From Klebsormidium nitens (Eukaryota; Plantae; Klebsormidiophyceae), in assembly GCA_000708835.1 (NCBI GenBank), contig DF237129.1, positions 62,001 through 126,000 of the forward strand: a DNA stretch of 64,000 nt, given 5' to 3'. The notes beneath the pieces were generated by a model that ran no database searches, was not told where the DNA came from, and was given only the letters and a program-made list of their open reading frames with translations. Of the stretch, positions 33,401 to 46,135 are shown one piece after another (position 1 is the stretch's first letter; each line of letters begins with the position of its first letter). A program made the translations under genes and the position numbers.

Positions 33401-36400
33401 CTCCGTGTCGTAGTCCAACCGGTCCAGCACCGCAAGCACGCCGTCAACCCGCCTTTCCAGGTCGCAGAACGGCGAGAAGTAGCGGGGATAGCTTATGAGC
33501 AGCGCGATCGCCATCTCTCGGGTTATGTGCAGGCGCTCCTGGAGAAAGTCGATGCGGTCCTCCACGCTCAACCGGATCGCGCTGATGTCCTCCGGGTTCT
33601 TGTAGTTGCGGGTTAGGAAGCGGGTTAGGTAAACCGCCATGTCCAGGGACGAGCTGTCGAGGCCGAAGTCGGAGTCTGCAGAACTTGAGGAGGGCGTGTC
33701 AGTCACACAGCGAGGTTTACATTCTACAAATATACAGATCAAAGAGAGGGCACAAACACGCATACAGAACATTACTGATGAATACTGCGAACCGATCAGG
33801 AGTGGCGATGTAAAGAACCGAAAAGCGGAAACCGGAAAGGTAATGTCGAGGCCAAAATCCGGTCTGGAGAACAGAACAAAGGGCTGAACCATGCCAGTCC
33901 TTTCGGCACTGCCAATCTCAAGTTGGCTAGGCTATAAACAATACCGACCAACCAAAAGACCAAGACGCACCTTCTGTTGACCCCTGCAAAACTGAGATCT
34001 GTTCAAGGTAACGCGCTCCTAGCTCTTGAAATCGTTATCTCGTGGCAAGTCTGGTCAGATCGATTCTGCACACCCGGAAAATCAATTGATATAAGGTGGG
34101 AGCTTTAGCAGAGTCTGGATCCGAGTTCCGAGCGACACTCACCAGAGAGCGTTTCGCAGTAGCTGTTGACAGCCTGCGCGCGCTTGATCAGCGTCTTGTA
34201 GAACTCCTCCTTGAACGCGTCCAGCTTGGCCACCCCCGACTCTAGTTCCAGAGCGTCCAGGAAGCCCTGCAGAGGACGCGATGCTACAGTGTCAAGCGGC
34301 GCAGGATTTTGCGATGCTCGAGGGAGCAGCGCTGCCGCCTAATACGGAGCGAAGCACTCCACTTTGCAGGGGTCACAAATCAGAACGGCAGAACGGCTTT
34401 CGATACCTGGTAGTTGATAAAGCGCAGCAAAGCCACCGCAAACGAGACACGTGAAGCGTTCACTTTTCGATGTCGGACTTTGAACGGCAGCGCTGCGGTT
34501 CTGGTCGTTGTAAGGCCCTTCGTAGTTCTGAAGTTCCCCTGTTGTCCGTTCCCAGTCCTCAAGAGAGTTTTCGCAGGAAAGAGTCCGTAGTAACAATTGG
34601 GTGGGCTCCTCGATAGATTTACCCGTCACTTTCTGGTCATGCGGGGTCCGTCGAAACACCGAGCGCACTTGGCACAGGGGCGCCAGCGGTTCCTCAAATA
34701 TAGCAAGTGCTATCGGGAGGGGTGTAGGGTTGAAGTCTGTGGGGCTTTAATTCTGGGCTTTCGGGTACCATGAAGCGGCGTGTCGAAGTTATGTTTCCTT
34801 GAAAGTGTCCCATTGTTTCCAATTTCTCAGAGCAAACTGACCGATTGAGATCGCGGTGTGGCTCCGCCTGGCCGCTTGAGACTTCCAAGGGGCTTCTTGT
34901 CATTCCAAGCAGCACAGCAGATTTGTTACAGCGGAAGTGGAGTCCACACTATCTCGCCAGAAACTTGCCTGGTGAAAGAACTTCGGACGTTCCTCGGGCC
35001 GCAGCGCCAGCAGCTCCTGGAACGCGTCGTTCGGCCCGAAGCGGAACGGCACGTGCAGCCGGCTGTCGTCATAGCTCAGCCCGTACTCGACGTCAGCCTG
35101 CGCGTCTGCAGATGGGAACGGCGATCCTAAGACGAATTTTTCGAAATATCCTCCTTTGTTTGTTTCTTTTTCATTCCGGCCGCAGCCAAGGAGGTAGGGA
35201 ACCCTCCTTTAACCAACAACGGGCTAGAGGGTTCAAGTGTCCCTCAAAGAGGATCGGGTTTGCTCCTGACTAACGCCTGCATAAGTTTTCGTGATGTCCG
35301 TTCACAGTGGACGGGCTTCCTCCGTGTTATTTTGACAACTTCAGTCATTGAAAAAGTGCACGGAAGAACGACAAGGTCCTAGCTCGCCCGGTGCTCGACA
35401 TCAGTTTGCGATTCTGCAGCCGAGCAAAGAACATCCGAGTGACGTCACATTATTCCGGAAATGTCTTCTGCTTCAAACACAATCACACCCTTATGATTGG
35501 CCCAGTCCACAGATCCCCGGGTGAGCTCCCAGTCTTGACCGATGTACATCACTCGATGAAGTACGGCCTGCTTAACTCTCATCAGCGGATCACTAGCGGA
35601 AACCGTAACTTTCATGAAATCTTCAAAACCCGGCTACCCCGGCCTGATTCTCGCCGAACCAGCGCACCTGCGGCTTGAGCTCTTTGTCAAATGTACTTCG
35701 CGTCAGCTGCCATAGCAGGGTCTGCTCGATCGCAACAACCCAATCCTTCATAGCTTAAGCGAACACAGAAACAAAAGAAACCCGAAAAACCCAAAACCTC
35801 ACCCACGTCCTGGCGCGGCCGGCGGACCTCCGGCTTGAGCTCTCTGCCATTGCTATGCGCGCCAGCTGCCAACTTGACTCTGCTTAATCCACAATTTCGA
35901 CACCCCAACTCTTCATAAGTTAAGAAGAACCCAAAAAACAGATAGCCAAAACCCCAAAAACTCACCCTCATCCTGGCGCAACCTGGCACACCCGGCTTGA
36001 GCTCTCTGTCATTGCTGCGCGCCAGCTGCTTAGTTCTCGAGTTCAAAACCCCAACCCTTCATAACTTATAAAAGAACCTCAAAGACTCACCCTCGTCCTG
36101 GCGCGGCCCGCGCACCTCCGGCTTGAGCTCCCCGTCGTCCCACAGGCGCATCACCTTGCGGATCATGGCCTGCGCGCTGCCCTGGTGCGCCGCAAAGTGC
36201 TCGGCCAGCACCGACTTGCGCGTCTGCTGCGCTTTCGGGCGCGCGCGCATCTTGGTCTCGATCGCCTCCTGCCGCTCGCTTTTCTTGGGGAGCAAGCCAG
36301 CCTTTTTGAGCTCGGCAATCTTGTCGGCGGCATACTGGCCTGCAGGTGGCAAGTCGTCAAGAATGAAGCCATGACCCGCTGAAGGAGAAACTAGATTGGA

Positions 36401-37886
36401 CCTTCGGATTGAGATGTCATAACGAGGAAGAATAGAGGAAGGGGGGCAAGACTTAAGTTGTCAACTCTGGACTCCAAATCCGCACAGACCAATGGGGGTA
36501 GTAGCCTGATTGGAGCAGAATGTGAATAAAGTTTGAACCAAGACATGTAGTTGTGAGCTAAGACAAGTTAATGATGACATGCTGTTCAAAGTCCCATGCC
36601 GGACCAGATTCCTGCTGACCGTCCAATTGATGAAAAGTGCTGTACAGGTTTCGTCTAAAGAACAGCTTTAGGCAAGTGACTTTTTGTGACAAACTCCGTA
36701 AGCTTTTTGGCAGATAGAAGAAGACCACATCTTTTCTAGCAAACGGCCAAAGTGGCTGCCATTATGGGATGCTTCCAAGTCTTCTTGCATAAGCACGATG
36801 ACCAGAACCATCATGTTTACCCAGTAAGTCTGCTTAGCGACACTTCAAGAGCACAAGGACAGCGCGCGAAACCACACCTGTGACTGCGCTGAACTTCTTG
36901 CGCCGCCGCGCATTCAACGGGTCGACGTCCAACGTGTCCTTTTGCAGGAGCGCCGCCAGGCTGCTCTCAATCCCCTGCTCCGCCAGAGCCGCCTCCTCAT
37001 CCTCCCAATTCACCCCCTCGTCCTCACTCTCGTCTTCGTGACCCTTTCTGTTCGGCCGCAACGTCTCCCGTATCATCTCCAGCTTCTTTGGATCCCCCAG
37101 CCGGAAGAACGGGTTCTTCTTGCCATGCGATCGCTTCTTCGGAATCAGCCGCTCCCGCCGCGGCAACTGCTGCAGCTCCTCATAGTCGAGCTGCTCAAGC
37201 TGAGCAATCTTGGCCGCCCGGAGGACGTCAGCCGACTTCTCATCGGTCAGGTCCAGGTTGTCGAGGTCGACCTCCTCTTCCGACGGGGCCGCCACCTTGT
37301 TGCTCTTTGACCACGCCAACGGTCCAAAACGTGTCCTCGCTTTGCCTGCAGCGCCCCTAGGAGCCGTCCAAACGCCCCGTAATGCGTCCACCTCTTTCCG
37401 AACCCCACCCAAACCTGGCCGCATCCCACTTGAACCTTCTCGGAACCCCTCGGGCCCTTTTCGAGGTGCATTTGCTCCAATCCCACTTTGTGCCAAAGTG
37501 TCTGGCGTTGCCCCGTTGCAGCCTGCTCGCAAATACGTGACAGGTTGTCTGAAACAGAAAAGCCGCTGTCCGGCTTCATCGTGGCACCGTCCAATGCCCC
37601 TCCGCTTTGCCGCCTTACCCCAGCCCCACCCACCCAAGACATCAAATGCGGCCTGCGCATTCAGCGGCCCCTGCCGCGCACCTTTGTTGCAACTGAAGGC
37701 TCTGTCTGAGGACCCTGCACCCCCACAGCTGGCTCTCAACTGGCTTCGCACGGGTCGAGAGTATTCGAATGCAAAATGACTTCCATAGCTGGTGCTCGCC
37801 CCCTGGTCCAGGCAACCTTCACAGCCCACCCTCTCTGCGAAACGGCCGGGGAAGGTCTGCGCGGTGGCACTCATTGTCACTGACAT
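30461..37886 (-). CDS. Large mTERF-repeat-like protein with long N-terminal extension, probably organelle-targeted; exons ~37886/37874-36878, 36339-36091, 35105-34969, 34266-34143, 33675-33378, ~32913(or slightly upstream)-32813, 31659-31476, 30955-30461
   Basis: Phased junctions: FSAVT-G/QYAADK..RQDE-D/AQADVEY..FFHQ/GFLDAL..ETLS-D/SDFGL..LVF. Then VPWLLGMNL..LLR-K/YGISD..PKIVCCHLERQ/VKRL..LAYFTKELGLSPEIFLEFPQAVGYSLEGRTRPR, where FPQ..GYSLE.R..PR is typical of mTERF motifs. Phase across 33378 to 32913 is not fully resolved. Confidence 0.75.
31329..31411 (+). repeat. Copy 3 of short CA-rich dispersed intronic element
   Basis: ccctaacaccaaaaacctaacccttaaaatcacacgctccgcaccc-ttaccc-accctaaaccccc-aaagtaa-ccccacccgtc. 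Confidence 0.65.
31613..31955 (-). repeat. Two degenerate intronic copies of the acceptor-side end of exon 31659-31476
   Basis: ggttgcgctggaagcacaccggcatctccgcgtcgctgatgccgtacctg (from 31613) recurs at 31748 and 31897. Confidence 0.8.
32088..32913 (-). repeat. Tandem array of five intronic copies of the donor-side end of exon 32913-32813 plus its GTGAG donor and (TTCCG)n spacer
   Basis: ctcacttgcgcaggaggatga..gccgctgcatgaggttcat.ccgaggagccagggcac at 32808 (real), 32681, 32545, 32402, 32227 and ~32088. Confidence 0.92.
34267..34968 (-). other. GC-AG intron in the mTERF-like gene
   Basis: CACCAG|GCAAGT donor joins PKFFHQ to GFLDALEL in frame. Confidence 0.75.
35662..36140 (-). repeat. Three intronic copies of the donor-side end of exon 36339-36091
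   Basis: ctcaccctcgtcctggcgcggcccgcgcacctccggcttgagctc at 36086 (real), 35961 and 35798. A donor-less remnant gcgcacctgcggcttgagctct lies at 35662. Confidence 0.85.
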
Positions 37887-39007
37887 TGTGACCAGCACTT
37901 CAAACAAATACAAGTGAGGTCATGAGGACGACGGGGTGCAATGTTCAAAAAGCATTCCCGCAGGTTCAAGAAGCTAACGACACGAGTGCGGCACAGCAAA
38001 GGCAACAACTACGACCGGTTTTCATGTTGATTTGACCAGCTTCAGCAAGCTGACCTCTGGTGCAATTGTCTAGGGGCCACACAATGCCTGCTGAGGCTCT
38101 CGCTACAAATGAACATTGTAAAGACTTTGAATTCAGTGCGTGCAATTGCTCTGGAGTCTGGGTAAAGAAGTTGCTTCTTTTTCTCAGCCGAGGAAACAAA
38201 ACCTGGGGCGCTCTCATGAGTCATTGGCGCCATTCACGCCAAGAATGGTAACCGTCGGGGTTTGACGGTAACGGAGAAGCAACCCTAATAGTCTGGATGC
38301 CGCGGGCGGGCTGCCGCCAGCTGCGCGGCCGCGTCCTGGTTCGAATGTACAACTGCCTGCGCAATTAAGAAAACTTTCCAGGCCGGTTGGTAATGTCGAC
38401 AAGTCCAAAAGAGTTACTATGAGTCTAATAGTCCTCGCTTCCATTCTGTCCAGCACAGCGTACGTCTTACTTACGTCTTACTTACACTCGGCTTTTCGAT
38501 GCCCATAGCTTCGGATATGGCGCCGTCGAGGCCATGCGAGAAAGCGGAGCTCGCATGAATTGCGCATGCGTTCAAATTGAAGGACCGAACGGCACGAAAG
38601 GGAAGACTGCTTATGTGCCGCTTCGACATGACAACATGAAGCTCTGACGTGAGTACTGACCACGATCGGGCGACCGAAGCGCTGTGACTCTCGGCTTTCA
38701 TTGACGATAGATTTCCAGCTGTGCTTAAAGTCTTCAAGACTTAAGTTCGACCCCATAGGGCCGGGCACAAGTTATTCTTTTCACAAGGTGACCTGGCAGA
38801 GTAGCGTACCTCCATAGGTGGGAGCTCTGCTTACGAGGCCCTCCGCTTCGCCTCTTTCTGCGTAGCAGTTTCTGTAGTCAAATTGGATCTGATCAGGGAA
38901 GGTCATTGTCCTCCGCAAACTGCAGGCTGGCTTCCTTCTAATTGATTCTAGCTAGAGGGCAACGCTGAAGTCGCAGAAGCTACAAAGAAGCGGAAGAAAG
39001 CTGCAGT

Positions 39008-39922
39008 ATGGAGAAGTTGGACGAAGGCATGTTCGGGATTCTTCTCAAGTTCGTGCGCCCAGAAGAAGCATGCAGGCTGGGAGCAACATCCAGAACGTTC
39101 TTGCGATGGACGGAACAGAGCGCTCTGTGGAAAGGCTGGTGCGAAGAAGCGTTTCCTTCGATCACGACCTCCCCTGCGAAGAAGACTGTGCGCGTGCTTT
39201 GTGAGCGCGTGGAGACAGACTCTGAGCGCGCGCGCGCATACAAGCGGCTGTACGCCGCGCCGCAAGGGAGCCAGCGCGCATCTCAGAGCGTTCCGGCGGA
39301 ACCTCCTTCCGCTCCCTCCTGGTCTGGCCTCGTCTCTCAGCTCCAAGATTCCGTCCTTCTGGTGGACGTGTTTGCGGGAGAGGAGGCTGTTCTGGCATGC
39401 TCGATCGACGGGGAAAGAATGACCCCCGCAGCTGGTGACAGATATTGGAGCGTCAAAGTCGAAGCAACTCATATTCCAGCGGCGGAGAAATGGCTGAGAG
39501 TCGCTTTCGAGGAGGACCGGAACACTCGGGTGAATGCGAGCATGATCTCCCGGTTGCTGGCTGGGGAGCCCCCGGGGGAGCCCCTCCACGCCCCGGCTGA
39601 ACGTCACGACATCCTGGCCTTCTCATGCAAGATGATGCGCAAAAGCGACGGCGGAGAAGTGCGCGCGCTTATTGATAAGGCGGCGCTTTTCACGGTGGAG
39701 GTCTGGCCCAGGTGGCTTCAGAGAGTGTCAGAGAGGCATACGCACAGATCCCGGCACCAGATCTACTCGGGCGACAATAGCAGAATGGGGCTCCCGGTGC
39801 ACGTCCAGTGCGCGCTTCAGTGTGAATACTCTTTCTCAACTGGGACGGGGCCGTGCTCCAGGCGCTGGGAAGAGTCAGATTTTCAGAGGTATCTGCTCGA
39901 ACTTACCCTCATCAGCAGGTGA
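39008..39922 (+). CDS. Intronless F-box-like protein, 304 aa
   Basis: N-terminus LDEGMFGILLKFVRPEEACRLGATSRTFLRWTEQSALWKGWC fits the F-box pattern (L..IL..L.P.....L..V.R.W......LW..C). Long clean ORF. C-terminal domain not recognised. Confidence 0.65.
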   Translation: MEKLDEGMFGILLKFVRPEEACRLGATSRTFLRWTEQSALWKGWCEEAFPSITTSPAKKTVRVLCERVETDSERARAYKRLYAAPQGSQRASQSVPAEPPSAPSWSGLVSQLQDSVLLVDVFAGEEAVLACSIDGERMTPAAGDRYWSVKVEATHIPAAEKWLRVAFEEDRNTRVNASMISRLLAGEPPGEPLHAPAERHDILAFSCKMMRKSDGGEVRALIDKAALFTVEVWPRWLQRVSERHTHRSRHQIYSGDNSRMGLPVHVQCALQCEYSFSTGTGPCSRRWEESDFQRYLLELTLISR

Positions 39923-41136
39923 CTGGTGAACGTATGAGTGAGGTCCGCAGAGATATAGTCGCTAAACGAGGTCCTGCTTTGTAGAACTTTCTCCGGCATG
40001 ATGGACAGTCGTCTCTTGCTGTCGGGCAATATAACTTGACTGGACGGTTTGCCAGGAGCCTGCATCACCCTTCATCTCGAGAGGAAATTACGTTGGTGGT
40101 AGTGCACAACGCGTAGCTGCAGCGGGTATTTTTGTAAACTATCTTCACTTGACAATCGACTGATCTTTCTCATTTCTCTGCACCGGAATGGCGCCCCTGG
40201 CATGCCGTTCTGTAAGTTCGTTCTTTCCTCAATATTCTTTCGGGCCTGTAGAACAACATGTGTACGCTGTATAACAGCCCGAAAACAGATTTGATACAAT
40301 ATTGAGCAGAGCTCCATGTGGCGGCTGCCAAGCATCTGGGCCTTCCATACGAGCCGTAAATGCGATTTTGCAGGGAATGGTATAGGTGGGTCATGCAAAC
40401 AACGCGACCGCTTTCGCCTTTGAGGATCCGTGTGCGCATGGGCTCTGTAGCCAGTGGCTTTTAAGAAGAGCAGTCATATGGTCGTCTCACATGTGGTCGA
40501 TTCATTAATCCCTCCAATGAATAATGGAGGAGCGGCTTTGCCTCTTTCGAAAATTGGCGTGGCCAGTGCTGTTGACGCGTTAGTTTTAAGTACATGGAGC
40601 AGGAACTGTAAACTCTGGAAACATTATCTAGCCAGCCATGATCAGTCTGCGCCGGCCACAAGACTAGATGTAAGCACTTCAGTAGGTGGTACTGATCACT
40701 GCCAGGGCATTGATGAATTTTCATGTACCTTACGTATCATGGACTGATGCATAAAAGCGGCCGGGCCGGGCTGCAGTGAACATGGAAGGTCAGATTTGAA
40801 AAGCCTCCTTTGCAGCATCGGAATTTCAAAGGGTCGCCGTATGCTGCAAATGGATCATGCTTAAGCAATTGGCATGCATGACATGACATCGAAAATCCTT
40901 ACGTGAAGCTAAGTCTGTCCTGTCTGCATATCTTGCTCGCGTGTCTCATTCCGATGAACATGACCTCTCTTTGCATACCTTCACTTTCTCGCGCTGCGCT
41001 CATAATATTGAGGATGCTACTACACTATACTGCAGCCCTTTCTTTTAATTCTGAGGAGCTCAACCTCATTACGTAATGTTGCCCCTGAACGGCGTATTAC
41101 TTGTGTTCGCTTGGATTCTGCACCCCTTCATGCCGC

Positions 41137-44100
41137 CTACATGCGCCCGTTAACTTTCTCCAACTTTTCGTCCCACAGGTCATCAAAAGACTTGAACGGT
41201 CCGTTGTCTGAAAGCATGTTTTGGAAGGTTATACGCTTCTTCTGCGGCGAGATCCGGCAGAGGGCGTCGTAATCCTCCTCGGAAAGTGACCAGTCAGCAA
41301 CATCCAGGTTGCCCTGCAGAAGAGCGTTGATACCCAATCAGAAAATCTCTCGGACCATTCATGGAATGCTCGGTCCGCATCTACTAGATCTGTGCAGGAC
41401 ATCAAAGATGCGGGTGGCGTTTCTATTCAAAGCTTTCCGGACTTTCGGCTCCCGACAGCCTTGATGCTTAGACTTATGAAGACAAGACCTGTCTGAAGGC
41501 CAGAGAGGTAAAAGCGAGTCTGGAGGGCAAAATGTGGGAAGTGGTCTGCAGAGCGACCAAAGAGAGAAGAGGAAGGCCTTCCGAAAAGGGGACTTTGAAG
41601 AGTCCAGATGAAAAGGATAGCGTCAGACCTTGATTCGCTCCGGGTTTTCACTTGTCGGCAGCACGACGCAGCCGTGTTGGAGGCCCCACCGCAGCAGCAC
41701 CTGCCCGGGGTTCTTGCTAACCTTCTGAGCAATCTGCTTCACGGTCTCGTTCTGCCACAGATGGATCAAGCAGTCAGCGATTGCCAGGCTTGTCGTCCAT
41801 TTCAATAAATCTTTCATGTGCGTAGCTTTTAGTTTTGAAATTGCTTCCGCCGTCGATATACGGCGGGGCTATATGGTTGCGGCAACTTGGCTTGAACCGG
41901 CATGCTAGATATTGCCCCTGGGAAGCATCGTCCAACGGAACGGAACTTACAACAATCGAACGTACAAGAGATTGCGCAAGAAAGGGGCAGAGATTCTGCC
42001 TCCAAACCAGCAAGAATCAAGACTCAGGGATTGGGTTCAGTGCCCTTGCTCCCAGACCGTTCTAGAGACCGGTTTTACAGAATCTATGTCTTGAGTGTGC
42101 TGGAAACCGGGGAGCGCAAAATCGGAGAGGCGCCCACCTCCCACAGCTTTTCGAATTCGGGCCGCGCCCCGCCCAGTGGAAAGTACGCGGTCGGGACAAT
42201 CCCGTTGGCGTGCGCGTGGCTAATAAGATCGTCGTTGCGCCAGCCCGGGTGGACCTCAATCTGCACAGCCAAGTTTCGCCGTCGAAGAATGGAAAGAGTG
42301 GAGGGTTCGTCTGAAGATCTATCTGCAGATCTTCGAAGGACTGGGCTTTGGTGGAGGGGCTACACTTTTACTCCAATGAGAACGCCTACGAAATGGAGTC
42401 GAGCCTTTGCGGAATGTCATATTGAGGGGGATGCGGGGAAACCATTTGAAACTACCAATCGTTGTTTGGGAGATGCTGAGCTACAAATTACGAGGGAGAC
42501 GCCCGTTAGTGTTCGTGCTCTGCCTTTCCTCCAGTGTCTGCTGCAACCGTGTCTTCAAGAACAAAACGTGCTACGCCTTCGAAGGCATATTTAACGTAAG
42601 CAAGTCGGCCGCTGCCGGCCAGAGGGCTCACCTGATGGACGGCGGGCCGGATGCTGACACGTGGCAGCAGATCGCCGAGCTTCTTGAGAGAAAAGTTGCT
42701 GATTCCAATCGCTTTCGCGAGGCCCTCCATGTGAATCTCCTCCATGCCCTCCCAAGTTTCCTGAATGACACCGGATTACACGCAATCTTTTGAGGGATAT
42801 ATTTACCTTGCCCCCAACTCTCGTCACTTTTTCCTTTTCCAAGACGGAAGAGACGACTCTCAGCTTTTCCGAACGCGAATGCCGAAGGTAAGAGGGACAT
42901 TGTTGGAGCCGGGGAAAGGAGGCGTACGCCAAAGCTGGTGGCTAGGTATTTGGAAAAGTCAAACAAACAAAAAAAGTTTTTGGACAATCGAGGGACTTTT
43001 TCTGGAGAGCATGATGAGCAACTTTATGAAGGGCATCTATGCCGGCAAGCGGCTGACGGTACTACAATGTCATTGGAGGGTGAGAATTAACCCGGCAGGA
43101 CGTCAGATCTAAACATCTAACGGGAACTTTTGACAAACGCGTGCCAACAGTTACGGAGTCACTGATCCCGACTTCGAGCATGCTGGCGGCATTTTCTCAG
43201 CAATAACACCAGGAAACTGAGCCAGAAAGCTGAGAACGTCATCATGAGGTGTTGGGGAGTCAAGAATAGCTCACGTGCAGCGGGACCGTCGAGAAAGGCG
43301 TGTGCACGAGGTAGAGGTCCACATAGTCCATGTTCAGCTTCGCGAGTGACTCCAGCAGGGCCGGCCGCACATTCTCCCGCCCGTGCCGCTCGTGCCACAG
43401 CTTCGTCGTGATGAACAGTTCCTCTCTAGTTACCACGCCTTCCTGCGCACGGATTGAGGGTCTGGTCGTCTGAGAATGTGTGATCTTGGGCAGGAGTGCC
43501 TTCTACTTCGTTACGGGCAACACTAGGGTGCCAAAAGAATTACTGTCAAGACTACTGGCGTATGTGAATGAAAAGATCCAAACAGAAGAACTCTTATTCC
43601 GGAATAGAACGCCACGCCTGAAAGACGTGTTGTAAACCAGTCTATTCCTCAGATTCTGGATCACTTCCACTGCTTGTGGGAGCAGATTCGTACTGAAACA
43701 AGATCCGTCACACCTGCTGGCTGTCTTGAACATGGGGCATCGAGGGCCTGTGAAGTGCAGTGGACGTCACCAGACTACTATGCCAACTCTACGTTCTCAA
43801 CCGTTATTCTTGGGACAGCCCTTTGTGATTTCCTTGATAATAAGACGTGCAGGCACGGAGGATGCCAGCACGATACTCAGCTCGGATTCAACATGTCCAC
43901 TTCGCAAGTCAATCTTGTCCAAAAGGTCAGCAACGAACGCCAATTTGACCCAGGAAGAAGACTCAACTTTTTTTTTTTTGACCTTAACATTGTCGTAAAA
44001 GCACGAGGCAGTCCGACGCGTGGTACTTGCCTTGTTACTGTGCTTGCAATCATATCTAACAGAACATCAGCATTAAGGCAGACTCGTACAACCCAAACTC

Positions 44101-45370
44101 TATCTCTGGTGGACTTCTTTCCTGAAGTCCACGAACCAAGCTAAATAAGATGTGGTGTTGCGAAGGGTCCAAACGCACCTTGATGAGTTTCGCAACAGCG
44201 TTCCCGACCTGTGGCTCAGTTCCATAGATGGCAGCTGTATCAATGTGCTGCAAAAGAAGCGAAGAGCTTCAACAGTTTTTACAAGCATAGATTTGAGGCA
44301 ATCAAGAAGGACTCAATTCCATTCTGTCAGAACAACAAGGATTACTCTGTGACCTTAAGTCGAACAGGCTTAAGTGGTGATTTTGATCAGTGGTGATTTT
44401 GCCTTTGGCTCTACGTTCCCGGTGACTTCAAGGGGACTGCCTTTGGAGCACCGGGGTCCCTCGTTGTCGCAATTCTCGAACGCCCGTGCTAAGGAGAGCA
44501 GATTTATGTCTGCATCCTTGCTGAGAATACAGCCTCCGACATAAACATGCTTTGCAAGGCCAGTGTACACCCTCTATGTCCACATTGTCAATCAACAAGG
44601 GACTGCTTAGTCTTACCCGACAGCCTGAGCGGACTGCCACCTCGATGCACTCCTCCAGCTTCTTGGCTTTGGCGTCCCCTGACCGGGACCAGGAGACTCC
44701 ACCAACACCATAGCCTATGGCGGGGAGCACAGCGCCTGTGATATGGGCAGCAAACTTATAATATGCACCTTTTGAACGACACTCCAGATGGAACCACTTA
44801 TTGATACTTCTAGATGGAAAGTCTCCGAATGGTTCCTCTCTGCTGGGATCTAACATGCATCAAACACGATGAGATCAATGGGCAATGAAAAGGCTGACCC
44901 AATTGCTTTTGCTGACAACAAGGTCTCCATGACCGCCTGTGCGTACACAGTAGTGGTGCTGGCATACTCGGGCACCTCCTACTAGAAACACACTTGATAT
45001 TTTCACATCGGAAATTGATCAGATGCAAGCAAATCTCTCTGGCTAAGCTTGGTGACTTCAGCTCTCTAAAAGGCGCCCTAACAGCAATTGGGCATGGTGC
45101 TGACGGCATATTGTTGAGATGCATCATTTGAACGCCCGATTTCAGAAGCGCAGTACTTGCATTTGCCTTCTGCATCTTTTCGTGTCTGCCTTCTACTGGG
45201 GCTCCAGCTTCCTTACCTGTGTTCAACTTGGTGTAGAGCAACCCCTTCTCATCCTTGTGTAGAGACAACTTTCCAGGTCCTGAATTTTGCTCTGTGCTTT
45301 GAGTTGCCATCGCTCTGAATGCCGACCTTGTAGACTTTGCAGATTTCCAGATTGTCAAACGAGAGAGCAT
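41137..45370 (-). CDS. Aldo-keto reductase (AKR4C-like) with N-terminal presequence; exons 45370-45217, 44735-44617, 44247-44179, ~43440-43275, (possible small exon), 42760-42632, 42260-42138, 41751-41629, 41313-41137
   Basis: LNTG/AVLPAIGYG..GCR/HIDTAAIYGTEPQVG/EGVVTREELFITTKLW..LAKLNMDYVDLYLVH/ETWEGMEE..GLAKAIGISNFS/IEVHPGWRND/PGQVLLRWGLQHGCVVLPTSENPERIK/GNLDVADWSLSEED..GPFKSFDDLWD. Catalytic D, Y, K and H present. Confidence 0.93.
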
Positions 45371-46135
45371 ATACGATGGCTTCAAGACCTGAGAGGTACG
45401 AAGCAGAGTGCAACTTTGGCTGCTGCTTCTCAGAAGCTCACGGCACTGCATGAGGCGTCTATTTTGAATATGCGTGTAGCGGATTAGCACCCAATGGTGT
45501 GAGAAAGAGGTGCTGCTGAACAGCGTGAAGGACGTAAAACTGATCTATGCTTGCCTCCTTATGTAACTCTTCCACAACTTGAAAGATGAACATTGAAGAG
45601 TGTTCCTCATCCGAGCAATGCATGCACAGCCGCTACGACTGCTTGGATAGCTGCTGATCAAGGGCCGTAGCAGGCTTAGGCTGTAGCATCAATGCCTGAG
45701 CATACATTGAGCTATGCCAAAGGGGGATCATCGCACTTCGCCTTCCCCCGGGCTGGTGAACGCAAGTCAGTACACCGGCGGTCGAAACCGGCCAGAGCCA
45801 AAACTCAATTCGGGCCCGCGCAGGTCCCGGGTGAACAAAGAAAAAATCGACCGAGGGCTCCTGCCGCGCTCGGAGCAACGCTCGCGGTTATCAAAACGTC
45901 CCTTGAAAGCGGGCTGCCGCCCCGGCAGCGGTAAAGGGTTACCATTACCATACATTGCAGGCTGCTGCGATACGGTCCTTTTTATGATGGTTGCAGCCAT
46001 TGGTTGTGCAGCCACCTTCAACAAGTTGCTAGCAGCCGCACTGGGCAGAAACAGGAAGCACTTCCAAGTTCCATTGGCGGCATCAGCATCTTCAGGAACT
46101 CTTGGAGAGGTTTCTCTCAGCAGCAGAGTGTACGA

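Noticed and set aside
37210-39607. Long antisense ORFs (37210-37779 +, 38948-39607 -)
   Set aside because: Shadows of the GC-rich coding strands of the mTERF-like and F-box genes.
43968-43979. Poly-T run as a retroposon tail
   Set aside because: No adjacent element body or target-site duplication; it lies within an ordinary AKR intron.
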